NCBI RefSeq assembly: GCF_004010195.1
Contig: NC_057719.1
Coordinates: 10,252,206-10,316,205 of the forward strand
Direction: 5' to 3'
Source of the DNA: Chiloscyllium plagiosum
Lineage: Eukaryota
DNA length: 64,000 nt
A program made the position numbers and the translations under genes. This document shows positions 52,748-64,000 of this stretch, in pieces (position 1 is the stretch's first letter; every line of letters begins with the position of its first letter). The notes under the pieces are model-generated. The model searched no databases. It saw only the letters and a program-made list of their open reading frames with translations, and was not told the DNA's origin.

Positions 52748-53240
52748 CATTTGATTTGATCTGATTTATTATTGTCACATGCACCTAGGTACAGTGAAAA
52801 AGGTTTATTTTGTGAGCAGTACAGGCATATCATACCATACAAAATGCATTAGGGTAATAGAACAGAGTGAGGAATACAGTGTTACAGGTGCAGAGAAGGT
52901 GCACAAAGAATGAGATCGATACTGAATTTAAAATTTAAGAGGTCCATTCAGAAGTCTAATAACAGCAGGGAAGAAGCTGTTCTTGAATCTATTTGTACAT
53001 ATAAAAGTTTATATCTTCTGCCCAGTGGAAGAGAGCATAACCAGGGTGAGAGAGGTCTGTGGTTATGTAGGTTGCTTTCCTGATGCAGTAGGAAGTATAA
53101 ATGGAGTCAGTGGATCACTGGTTTGTGTGATGGACTGAGCTGTTCATGACTCTCTGTAGCTTCTTGTTGTCTTGTACAGAGCACACTGTGATGCATCCCG
53201 ATAGGATGCTTTCTATGGTGCACATATAAAAATTGGTAAG
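52748..53240 (-). mobile_element. Rex1/Babar LINE 3' end
   Basis: Reverse complement of agattcaagaacagcttcttccctgctgttattagact; (gattt)n at the left end. Confidence 0.8.
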
Positions 53241-55499
53241 TTGTTCTGTCTTGATCTCATTTCAATAGCAATAAGCAACTGGAACTGTTTTATGACATTA
53301 ATGATGATCCTTAAAGGTAACATGTTCCTGTGCAATCTATTTCTTTGAATGTAGGTCAAGTATATTACAGAGATCTTCACATAAGGACTGTACGTTTACG
53401 TCAATGGATTATGATGCCGCGTTACATTGGAACTGTATGTGGCTCAAGGGAGAGTACATGCTAAATGAAATTGTGGCTGTGAATGTTCACGTGAAAGCCA
53501 GAGCTTACACCGTATGTATTGAAAATTCCACAATTGTGATGTGAAGATTTTGGATGTTGTATTCACCTTGCAAAGATTTGCTTTAGGACCATTACATTTC
53601 AACAGGCAAACAGTGGGGTAGTTTCCCAAACAGGCAGGCAGTAGGACCTGCCCTCGGGTAGCTATCTTCAAAGGCATTGCAGGTTTGCATTTTGAGTCAG
53701 GCTGAGCAAGTGCGTGACCAGGGTTGGAGGTAGATTCCTTGGATTTTCCAGGTTCTGATGTTGCAAATCCAAGGTCTTAGCACTCCTGCAGTTCCAGCTT
53801 TTTAAGCATTCCCAATCTCCATGGCTCAAGCAGTGGGGGAGGGGATGGGGGCGGAGTGAGTGCCTTCATCTGCCTGGGCCTTAAGCTCTCCAACTCCATT
53901 TCTGAGCTTGGTCTCCCACATACAATTCTCCTATAAATTGTCCTTTGAAAGCTAACTCCTAGCTGTAACTTTTAGTCACCTGTCCTAATATCACTTAATG
54001 CAAAAGTGTCTTCCCATGATAAAGGTGCTGTATAAAGGCAAGTTGTTGTTGTTACATATTGGCAGTCTGTATAATGCATTACATCTTTTCAGTTGTCCTC
54101 TGCACCAAACTCTGAAGTTGCACAGCCTAGGGTAGGGGTAGTGGGGCAGGGGCAGGGAGGGTTTTGGGGGTCGTTGGAAGACCCAAGTGTAAGTGAACAC
54201 AAAAATCCAGTCCACAGTACCGGTGATCCCGAGTCTATAAACACCATAACAGCAGGAGACAGGGTAAATGCTAGCAAGATGTTCCTAATGGTCTGAGAAT
54301 CCAGAACCAGGGGTCTCACTCTCAGGAGACAGGATGGACCATTTAGGGCTGAGATGAGGAGAAATGTCTTCACCCAGAGAATGGGGAGTCTGTGGAATTC
54401 TCTACTGCAGAAAGCAGTTGAGGCTAAAGTATTGAATGTTTTCATGAAGGAGTTAGATATAGGTCTTAAGGCTCAAGGGCTCAGAAGGAAGGAGGACGAA
54501 GAAGAGAATACTGAGTTAGATGATCAGCCACGATGAATAGTGGAGCAGGATTGAAGGGCCTATCTTCATCGTTTAAAAAGCAACTCACCTCTTGTCACAG
54601 AAAATCACACTTTACTCCATCAACATACGTGACATAAAGGCAGTGCCACTCACTGTAATGTCATAGGACTCCTACTCCCTTGACCCTCAGCTGTAAAAGT
54701 GTATTCCTTTTTCCATTCTTTTGAAGGCACGAGAATAACATGAATCAGAAAAACTGAAAATCAATTGCTAAAACAGCACACGATTGGCAGCTCTTTTTCA
54801 GACATCAGCTTCAGAGCTTTGACCACCTTAGCAATTTAATTGATTCAGCCATTCATTGTCGGGGGAGAATTTTACAACAGTCGATTCAATGCAACAGGTC
54901 GCTGACACTGATAATACTCATTTTGGCCTCCTTACATTCTGATGTGGCTCTCACCCACATCAGTGCATAACGTTCCAATAAAAGGACCCTTAAAAAATCT
55001 GGAAAAAAATTGGAACAAATTGCATTGTACACAGCAAAGTGGAGAATTGATATTTATGCTGATTTGACAGGTGACTTACAGACAGCATAACCATTTGGGA
55101 TTTCAACATTAGTGAACAATGGTTGGAATTTATGCAACAGAACAATGGTTTTACCACCATCATCTGTTCAAAAGAGGTCAAACAGTGTACAAGTTCAAAG
55201 AACGTTAAATGCAAATGACATTGGAATTTAAATGATCTTCAACATCATGTCACATCAGCTCATTCAGCCACAAACCTAGCTGCCCCTATGATCGATACAA
55301 CTGGCTGACAATTTACTGCCAATAGCAGTTCCTTGGAAAGACTCTTAACATTAAGATTCCTTAGCACAAAGGCATAAATGGGCACTTTTTAAAAGTTTTC
55401 CTACCTATTAAAAATATTTAATTGTCCAAGAAAATGACTAGCATACACCAAGGGATTTAGTAAAAGGCACTTCACAGGTTTTGCTTAAAGTTATTTTCA

Positions 55500-55817
55500 T
55501 TACATTTTCCATCGTATCCACTACAGTTTGGAAAGAGACCATTAAGCCCATCAAGTCCCACCCAGACCAAGCCCCTCACTCTATCGCCATAATTGCACAT
55601 TTACCATGACTAAAACACCTAACCTGAACACTATGGGCAATTTGGCATGGCCAATCCACCCCAACCTGCACATCTTTGGACTGTGGGAGGAAACCAGAGC
55701 ACCCGGAGGAAACCCGCACAGACACGGGGAGAATGTGCAAACTCCACACGGACACCCAAAGCTGGAATGGAACCCGGATTTCTGGCATTGTGCTAACCAC
55801 TGAGTCACCATGCTGCC
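55500..55817 (-). mobile_element. HE1 V-SINE
   Basis: Minus gggcagcatggtgactcagtggttagcac head; V domain. Confidence 0.9.
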
Positions 55818-56048
55818 CTAAACCGGCCTACATTTTTTGCAGGTTACTCAAAGATGCCAGATTAGACACTGAATGAAATGCTTGTGTTTTGTGATAAAGG
55901 CATGTTCAGTTGTATTGGTGAAACAGCACCTCAGTACTATACATAGCAATGAATATTTTTAAAGCGCATGCTGCCTGGCAGGGCTAGCTCATAGAAGATT
56001 TTACATTTGAGATTGTGCAATTTGAGCTCTGTCCTTTGTTTTTGTAGC

Positions 56049-56220
56049 TGAAAATGTGTTGCTGGAAAAGCGCAGCAGGTCAGGCAGCATCCAGGGAACA
56101 GGAGAATCGATGTTTCGGGCATAAGTCCTTCTCCTGTTCCCTGGATGCTGCCTGACCTGCTGCGCTTTTCCAGCAACACATTTTCAGCTCTGATCTCCAG
56201 CATCTGCAGATCTCACTTTC
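56049..56220. mobile_element. Young Penelope-like family B inverted pair, hammerhead cores deleted at the centre
   Basis: 17-bp duplication tcctttgtttttgtagc (56032-56048, 56221-56237); arms are perfect reverse complements. Confidence 0.85.
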
Positions 56221-57134
56221 TCCTTTGTTTTTGTAGCAAACTGCAGTTTCTAGAGTTGAGCCCATAACTCTTATAAATTGCGTGATACACCATTTCACAT
56301 ACCATGATGAAAATACTGCACCACAGAATTACAATCACCATTTTAATTGAGTTATTTCACACTGTAAGTTATCCACCATTCAAAAGTCAGAAAAAGAATC
56401 AAATTGCTGAAATATCATTCAAACTCAAGCCTCGAGTCATATCTATTCATAAGAATTAAAATTAAATCCAAGCAAAATAATACATCAAGATCATCAACTT
56501 AACAGTGCTTAACTTGCAGAATAATTTACGCTGTCTCAGAATTCAAGTGTTCGCAATAAAAAGTTGAGAGTATGTCAGAATATTAGTTTGTTTCAATTCT
56601 GTTCCATTGTATTATTGCAATCATTGGTCTCATTGAAACATATAGGATTCTTATGGGATTTTTCAGGTTAAATGCTGGGTGGATGTTTCACCTCAAGGGA
56701 GAGTCAAAGACCAGATATCATTGTCTCAGTTTAGGGGAGCGTCAATTTAGGGCTGACATGAGGAGGAATTTCTTCTCTCAGAGGGTTGTGAGTCTGGAAC
56801 TCATTGTTATGGAGAGTTGTACAGAAATTTGTGTATCTTTAAATCTGAGACAGATAGATTCTTGACCAGCTGGGGAAATCAAGGGTTACAGGTAAAGGAC
56901 GAAAAGGTGGATGCAAGGAATGTAGGCTCAGCCATGATCTGATTAAATGGCAGACCTGGCTCAAGGGGCCAAATGGCCTCCACCTGTTCCTATTTCCTAT
57001 AGTCAATGTGTAAATGGTTAAAAGCAAAGCTGCGAGATGTGCCCACCTCTGACACCTTGTAATGTAGAGGCCAACATTTTCTGGATAAAATCTCAGTGAA
57101 AACAATCCTTTTACGAATGAATTTTTGTTCCATT

Positions 57135-58380
57135 TAGATATGGAATGAGGGCACCATGGGCTAGGACAACGTTTGTTGTCCATCACTCGGTATCCTACAA
57201 AAGGCTGCAGTGATCCACGATCTTGAATCGCTGAAGTCCACATGGTGCTGATAGGAATGGAATTCTCGGATTTTGACATTGCAGCAGTGTTGGAATAGCA
57301 ATATGCTTCCAAGTCAGGGTAATGTGCGACTTGGAGGCAAACTTGCAGGTGGAGCTGCTGCCCTTGTGAAGTTGCTGCAACACAATTTGTATATTGTATA
57401 AAACTGCTGCCACTGTGCTTCAGAGGGAGTGAACGTTTAACTCGGTGAATAGGGTGCCAATCAAGTGAGCTGCATTGTCATGAATGGTGCTGGGCATCTC
57501 ACCCAGGCAAGTGGAGAGATTTCCATCACACATGGAGACAGAAGGGCTGCAGATGCTGGAGCCAGAGTCAATAGGTGTGAAGGTGGAAAAACACAGCAGG
57601 TCAGACAGCATCCGAGGAGTAGGAAGGGCAACGTTTTGGCTTTCCTGCTCTTCTATGCTGTCTGACCTGCTGTGCTTTGCCAGATTCACATCTATTGACT
57701 TTAAATTCCATCACACACCTGGCTTATGCCTTGTAGATAATGGGCAGACACTGGGAGATAGGAGGTGAGTTACTCACTGCAGAATATCCAGCTTTTATCT
57801 GATCTTATAGTTACACTGTTCATATGGCTCATACAGCTCAGTTTCTGGTCAATGGTAATCCCTAGGATGTTGACAGTAGGAAATTCAGCAACCTTGAACT
57901 CAAGGCAAGGTGTTTGATTCTCTCTTGCATGAGATGTTCATTGCCTGGCACTTGTGAGGCACAAATGTTGCTTGCCACTGACCAACCCAAGTTCAAATGT
58001 TGCCCAGGTCTTGCTGCATTTAGACACAGAGTGCTGAGGTATCTGAAGTGTTGTAAATGGTGCTGAACAGTGTCCAATCATCAGCTTACATCCACACTGC
58101 TGATCTTCAGAGTGAAGAAGTAGCTGAAGATAATTGAGCACAGGACATTAGCCTCAGTAACTGTTTAGCTCTCTTGTGATATAGTGGTAGTATCCCTACC
58201 TCTGAGCCTGGGGCCCAGGTTCAGGTCCCACCTGCTCCGTAGTTATCTGCTCCATGCCCCTTAAGAGATGCCCTGGAGCTGAGGGGACTGATGTCCAGCA
58301 TCCAAACAGTTTTCCTCAGAGCCTGGGCATGCACATTAAACAGCTGTAACAGCATTTGATCAGAATTTCGAAAGTCTTAT
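57135..58380 (-). mobile_element. Ancient CR1-clade LINE 3' part with nested Penelope pair (~57532-57703) and SINE head (~58175-58240)
   Basis: Minus HITLTWKHIAIP..PCGLQRFKIVDH; AKPGQHLNLG/QWQATF-type RT C-terminal region. Confidence 0.7.
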
Positions 58381-59431
58381 GACTTTGGACCAATGGCTCA
58401 CACTAAGTAGTAACCCTAACCTGTTGAGGCACTGAACACTGATATCTTGCTTGATGTTGGCAATAGTCATTATAGCAACAAGGATCCTAAATGCACTTGG
58501 TCCAGATCATTCACTATAAAGTCATACGACACTCGAAAAAGAGATCAGATGAATTTGACTAGTGTCTGTTTTAAATACTGAATTGCTCCCATGAGAAACT
58601 TGCACAAAGTGACAGAAGCCTTATTGTACAGAAGGAGGCCATTTGGCCCATTGTGCCTGCAACCACTTCCATTACCCTGTGCCAATTTCCTGCCCTTTCC
58701 CCATGTCCCTGCACACCATTATTATCTAAAGAAACACTCAACGCCCTCTACAACATCTCAATTTCATATTGGAAACACTTTTTCCACACTTTTCCCAATG
58801 TTGCGCTCTTTAGCGTTTCCATGGACGCTTAGAAGCATGTCACATCGAAGGCCAGTGACCGTCAATCATTTAATTCTGCTTCACCATTCTCTGAAGCCTC
58901 TGCAGCAAAGTTCAGAAATTCCTAATATGTGCCAGTTCGAATCAGATACAGTTCACAAATTAACCTCCAGGAAATACGTGAAAAACCTACAGATGTTGAA
59001 GGGAAAAAAGAAGCCAATCAATTGGTAAGAAAAACAATTCATTCCTCACCAACAAGCATATCTTAAAAAAAAAAGGCTTCTCCACCTCTACAGCATCAGC
59101 TTAATTCTCAAATTGAATACAAAATACAGTTCTCTGAACATGTTATATAAATTTTCAGCAGGTTAAGCATGTTTTCAAAGACTCTGTAGACAGCATTTCA
59201 GTAATTCTCCATCTAAATCCTCAATTTTCTCCCATGAGAGTCTCCATTTGTGTCAAGTCAATTAGTAATTCTCCTGTTCTTGACCTTAGCCAAAGTGGAG
59301 ATTGATTTTTAAAGCACTTTTTGCTGATTATTCCTTGTTTTCTCACAGGTGTCACAGCTATTGGTAACAAAAAAACCGGCTAGACAGTTTTCATCAGGAG
59401 CACATGAGTAGAATACCATTATAGTCACTAC

Positions 59432-59828
59432 TGTAGTGATTGTAACAACATCAGCCAGTTGGGCCTCATAGAATAGGAGTTCCCTCATTGGACCAAATTA
59501 ACAGCCCCAATCAGGGAGCTCTGGCTGACAGATAAGAACAGGAATGTCACCTGCATGCACTCAACATGGGTGCTGGAGAAAAAATAAAAAACTACTGCAG
59601 TTAGGCAGCAGTTTAAGGAAAAATGAAAAATAAAAACAGGAAAAAGAAAAAAAGGATAAAAGTGCAAGATATCCTGTTCACTCTGAGTGCTGGGAAAAAA
59701 AAGAACAGGAATGTCAGAGATTTTGTTCACTCAGAGCTGGCTCTGAGGGAGCTGGATCAGTGCCAAGGACTCTCCATGTGTAGATAAAGGGTGACTTGGT
59801 GACAGGATATTGGCCTCTATGGAGTTCA
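59432..59828 (+). mobile_element. Solo LTR, family 1, with a 151-bp internal insertion
   Basis: TG...CA termini; perfect 5-bp TSD actac (59427-59431, 59829-59833). Confidence 0.85.
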
Positions 59829-62789
59829 ACTACTAATCTGTCGCCACAGCGTTAAATCAAGTACACTTGCTAATGAAGCTTCATCTAGTGTTGTCAGTGT
59901 GAAGAGCATCTAAGAGTGAACTCCACGACAGGAAACCATCTTTCCACACATTAAGCATAACTCACAAAGAGCTCACATAAGATTGCTGTCCCACTGCCCC
60001 CAATTGTATTGTTTCTGTACTTGAAGGAAATTTCCTTCCAGTTAACTCTGCAATACACTATACAGAGCTATCAATGTCGCTCAAAGTTCTCTCGCCAATC
60101 TTGCTTACCCATAACTGACATTCTGCAGGCGCAGCTATAAGAACTATAACTCCCCTTTTCTAAGGTGAGTGAAGAGATATTTAAAAAAGACATAGCAGGC
60201 AATTTTGTATTTCCTAAGGAAATGATGGATACGGGTACAATTATAACATTTAAAAGACATTTGAATGGATACATTAGGAAAGGTTTGGACATATATGGGC
60301 CAGGATCAGACAAGCGGAACTAGTTTAGTTTGGGATTATGTGGCATGGACAAGGGTCTGTTTCCGTGTTGTATGACTCTATGACTATGTATGCTAATTAA
60401 ACCCTTGAGTGGATCCTGTGAACTTTTTTGCTGGATATGAAAAACACATTAATGTATAGCACCTCCTTTTGTAAGTGCCCCAAACCATTGTTGTACTGAA
60501 GGTCACTGGAGACAATAATTATGACTGCACCAGCCAAAACAAAAGAGTGGCTGTAAGTGCAAAGGAAGGCCAATTGTTTTGATAACTCCATGACAAATGG
60601 CTCATGCTCTGTTGTCACAAAATCTCTACACCATCTACACCCAAGCACAAGTGAGGATGAAAACACTCACTGGGATGGAGACAGCCAAACATTCTTGAAA
60701 GAGACCATAAGGAATAGGAATAGGAATAGGCCATTCTGCCCTTCAAGCCTGCTCTGCCATTCAATAGGGTTGTGGCTAATCATGCCTGCTTTCCTTCGCT
60801 TTTACCCATAACCCTTGATTCTCCAACTGATCAAGAATCTGTCTCAAGGAGTCTGCCCCTACAGTCCTCTGTGACAAGGTTTCAAAGGCTCATAACCCCC
60901 TAGAAGAAGAAATTTCTCCTCATCTCAGTCTTAAACTGGTGCTCCATTATTCTGAGCCCATTCCCCGCGCCCCCCCCCGCCACTCCTACACTCTCCATGT
61001 GGAGGAAACATCCTCTCAGCATTTACCCTGTCAACCTCCTTAAGATTCCGATATGCTTCAATGAGACCACCCATCATGCTTCTAAATTCCAGTTAGCCCG
61101 ATTGATTAAAGTATCTCTTTAGTGGCCAGATAATCAACATAAATGTGTGGTATTTAGTAGGTTTTGCTTAAAAGGATAATAGTTGAGACAGTCTGTTCTT
61201 CAATAGACGTTGGCCACAGATCAGGAATACCTGGTTAAGCGGAGTAATTTTGCCTTAATGGACAATTTCCAAAGGATTTGGAAATAGGTATCTCACACTG
61301 TTTTATCAATGACATGTAAGTTTTGGATAACGGCTGTGTGGGCGAATGAGCATGCTTCCTTCAATCAGAGGGTTCAAAAGATACAGGAACCAAAGTGTTG
61401 CACTCTACCCAGTGTTTCACTCAGACAATAATCAAAGTCAATTTGTGTCACGCATTACAAATTGTCCCATACTTGTGGCAAGTTCACCAGTAGCACATGG
61501 TCTTGCAACTTTGACTTGAAGTAGTTGTATGGGGAAACTATCAGCTATAAAATTACAATTATCCTGAGTTGGAGACAGATCATCAGTGTTTCATCGCCGG
61601 TGGGACAATGCCCAGAAATTACTAACACCACTGTAGGAACACCGTCAGTGCGAGGACAGCATCAGTTCAAGGTAAAGACTCACTCCCTACCTGTTCAGAC
61701 GGGGCTCTGTCAGAATGCCCACCAGCTGAAAACAAATCAAGAAACAGAAGAGGCAATTTTTTTTGGCTATCACAGAGCCAATCCAGAGGCAATAAGAGGC
61801 AATCACAGAGGGTGATCCATTTGTGGAATGAACTTCCTAAGAAAGTCGTGGATGCGGCTACAATTACACTGTTTAAAAGATGTTTGGATAGATACATGAA
61901 CAGGAACGGTTTGGAGGGATATGGGCCAGGAGCAGGTAGATGTGACTAATTAATGTATAGTACCTCTTATTGTAAGTGCCCCAAACTATCGTTATACTGA
62001 AGGTCACTGGAGGCAATTTAGGATTATGTTCGGTATGGACTGGCTGGACTGAAGGGTCTGTTTCTGTACTGGATGACTCTATGACTCAATAGTAGACCCA
62101 GAGACAAGCAGAATAATATCCCAGCATGGATTCAATTCCCACACCACATTGTTGTGGGTCTGGAGTCACACCTAGACAGGACCAAACCAGGAAAGGAGGT
62201 CAGATACCCTTGGCTAAACAATATTAGTTGTCATGGGCAGCATAACTGAGACATATCTTATACTCCAGATTTTTGTTTTGTGTGTTAATATAATAATTAT
62301 TTTAAATGCCATGAGGTACAGTGGTGAGATTTGAAACTGTTTAACCACAGCGTTATTTCAGGCTTCTTGCTTACAAGCCCAGTGCACGATAGAAACAGCA
62401 GCAGTCGACAGAGGATGCATTCAAATACTCGAAACCTACTTCTCATTACTCCAATGGATATGATTGTTGATAAGGCCAGTGTTAGTTGTTCTTGAAATGA
62501 GTGTGTTGCTTCGCAATTTTTGAGGGCAATTAAGAATCAATCGTATTCCTATAAGCCTGGAGTCACATGCAAGCAAGTTTGGATAAAGGCTTCCTTTCCT
62601 AATGGAACATTAGTGAACAGATCAGTTTTTAATGACAGAAAAATAATAATTCTGAGGCTTTATTATTGAAACAGGCTTTTAATTCCAGATTTACTTCATT
62701 GATTTTAAACTGCACCACTTGTCGTTTGAACCAGTGTCCCAGAGCATAAGTCTAGGACCCAGGATTACTAGCCCAGTGATATTACCATT

Positions 62790-63120
62790 ATCATAGAACC
62801 CCTACAATGTGGAAACATGCCCTTTGGCCCAACAGGTCCACACTGACCCTCTGAAGAGTAATCTACCCAGCCCCATTATCTACATTTACCCCTGACTAAT
62901 GCACCTAACCTACACATTACTAAACACAATGTGCAATTTAGTATGGCCAATTCACTGAACCTGCACATCTTTGAATTGTGGGAGGAAACCGGAGCACCCG
63001 GAGGAAACCACACAGTCACAGGGAGAATATGCAAACTTCACACAGACAGGCACCCAAGGCTGGAATCGAACCTGGATCCCTGGTGCTGTGAGGCAGCAGT
63101 GCTAACCACAGAGTCACTGT
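62790..63120 (-). mobile_element. HE1 V-SINE
   Basis: Minus gtggttagcactgctgcctcacagcaccagggatccaggttcgattcc; V domain; tail. Confidence 0.9.
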
Positions 63121-64000
63121 CCTGCAAATCTGGCACACCTAAGCCTAATACAATGCGCATGACAGATGGAATTTCCTCCCTCAGGGCACTGTGGGTTAAC
63201 CTACAGGTGGACTACAGCAGTTCAAGAAGGCAGCTCACCACCACCTTCTCAATGGCATTTAGGGATGGGCAATAAAATGCTGGCCCAGCCAGTGATGCCC
63301 ACCTCCCACAAATGAATACATTTTTAAAAATTCATATATGAACACTTAAGAGTAACCTAGCATTCTTCTTGACCTGGGGTTGTTGAAATGGTTGCCTACT
63401 CTATGTCACCATGAGGAATGCGGGACTGAAGATGTTATTTCTTTTTCAAAGTTACTAAATTTCTGGATAAATCTGCTGGCAGCTACACTGCAAGTGCTCC
63501 TGTGTTGAAAACAGGCTCTGTCATCTTTCTGCTGCAGGGATTATTGTGCATCTCTGTGAAGTTAGACCATTGCTCCTAACCTGAGACCAGATTTATCATC
63601 ATCTAAGCTCATTAGTACCATGCCACTTGGTACTAAGCTCAGCATCATTACTGATCTTCAGGAGATCAGGCCTGATATGAAGGTCTGCATTCTAGCCATC
63701 TGAAACCAGATGCTGATATGATCGAAATGGAAGAGACTGTTTCCTCTGAAATAGTAGCAGACAGCATGTACAGATATTGCTGTGGAGCTAACAGTAGCAC
63801 TGTGGTTCAAGCTTAATTCTGCCTTCTTGCAACATCCACACATGCAGATTCTCCTCAGACCCACAATACAGGAATAACAGCAAGAATATTTGCGCATTTC
63901 CTCTTCTTATCCAAGTCACCTATATCACCACTACAACACAGATCTGTTAACTCAACACTGATCACATACTGAACCACAAGACTTCATAGTTGTCACAGTG

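Noticed and set aside
54589..54690. 102-nt minus-strand exon candidate
   Set aside because: Stops in all frames and purine-rich acceptor region

Overview
Repeat-dense eukaryotic DNA, very probably an elasmobranch (shark): it carries HE1/V-SINEs, HER1-like CR1 LINEs and DeuSINE (SacSINE1-like) copies. I found no supportable host protein-coding exon, tRNA/rRNA gene or CRISPR array, so the window reads as a large intron or gene desert, and the ORF track is mostly decayed retroelement frames or chance ORFs. Contents: many CR1 fragments (one near-full-length and heavily nested), L2 and Rex1/Babar LINE ends, SINEs, five solo LTRs and a 2-kb 40-bp minisatellite. There are also about 20 Penelope-like (PLE) terminal-repeat insertions from at least four families. 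The most interesting hidden signal is that these PLE repeats carry minimal type-I hammerhead ribozyme motifs (CTGANGA-N-stem II-GAAA plus palindromic ACGT/AGCT), often as inverted pairs flanked by 9-17 bp target-site duplications (TSDs). PLE hammerheads are a known class; whether these families are described needs a search. Also notable: two locally templated insertions (142 bp identical; 69 bp about 90%), an odd insertion within a solo LTR, and several repeat-free candidate conserved non-coding elements. Repeat family names come from motif recognition by eye and most boundaries are approximate.
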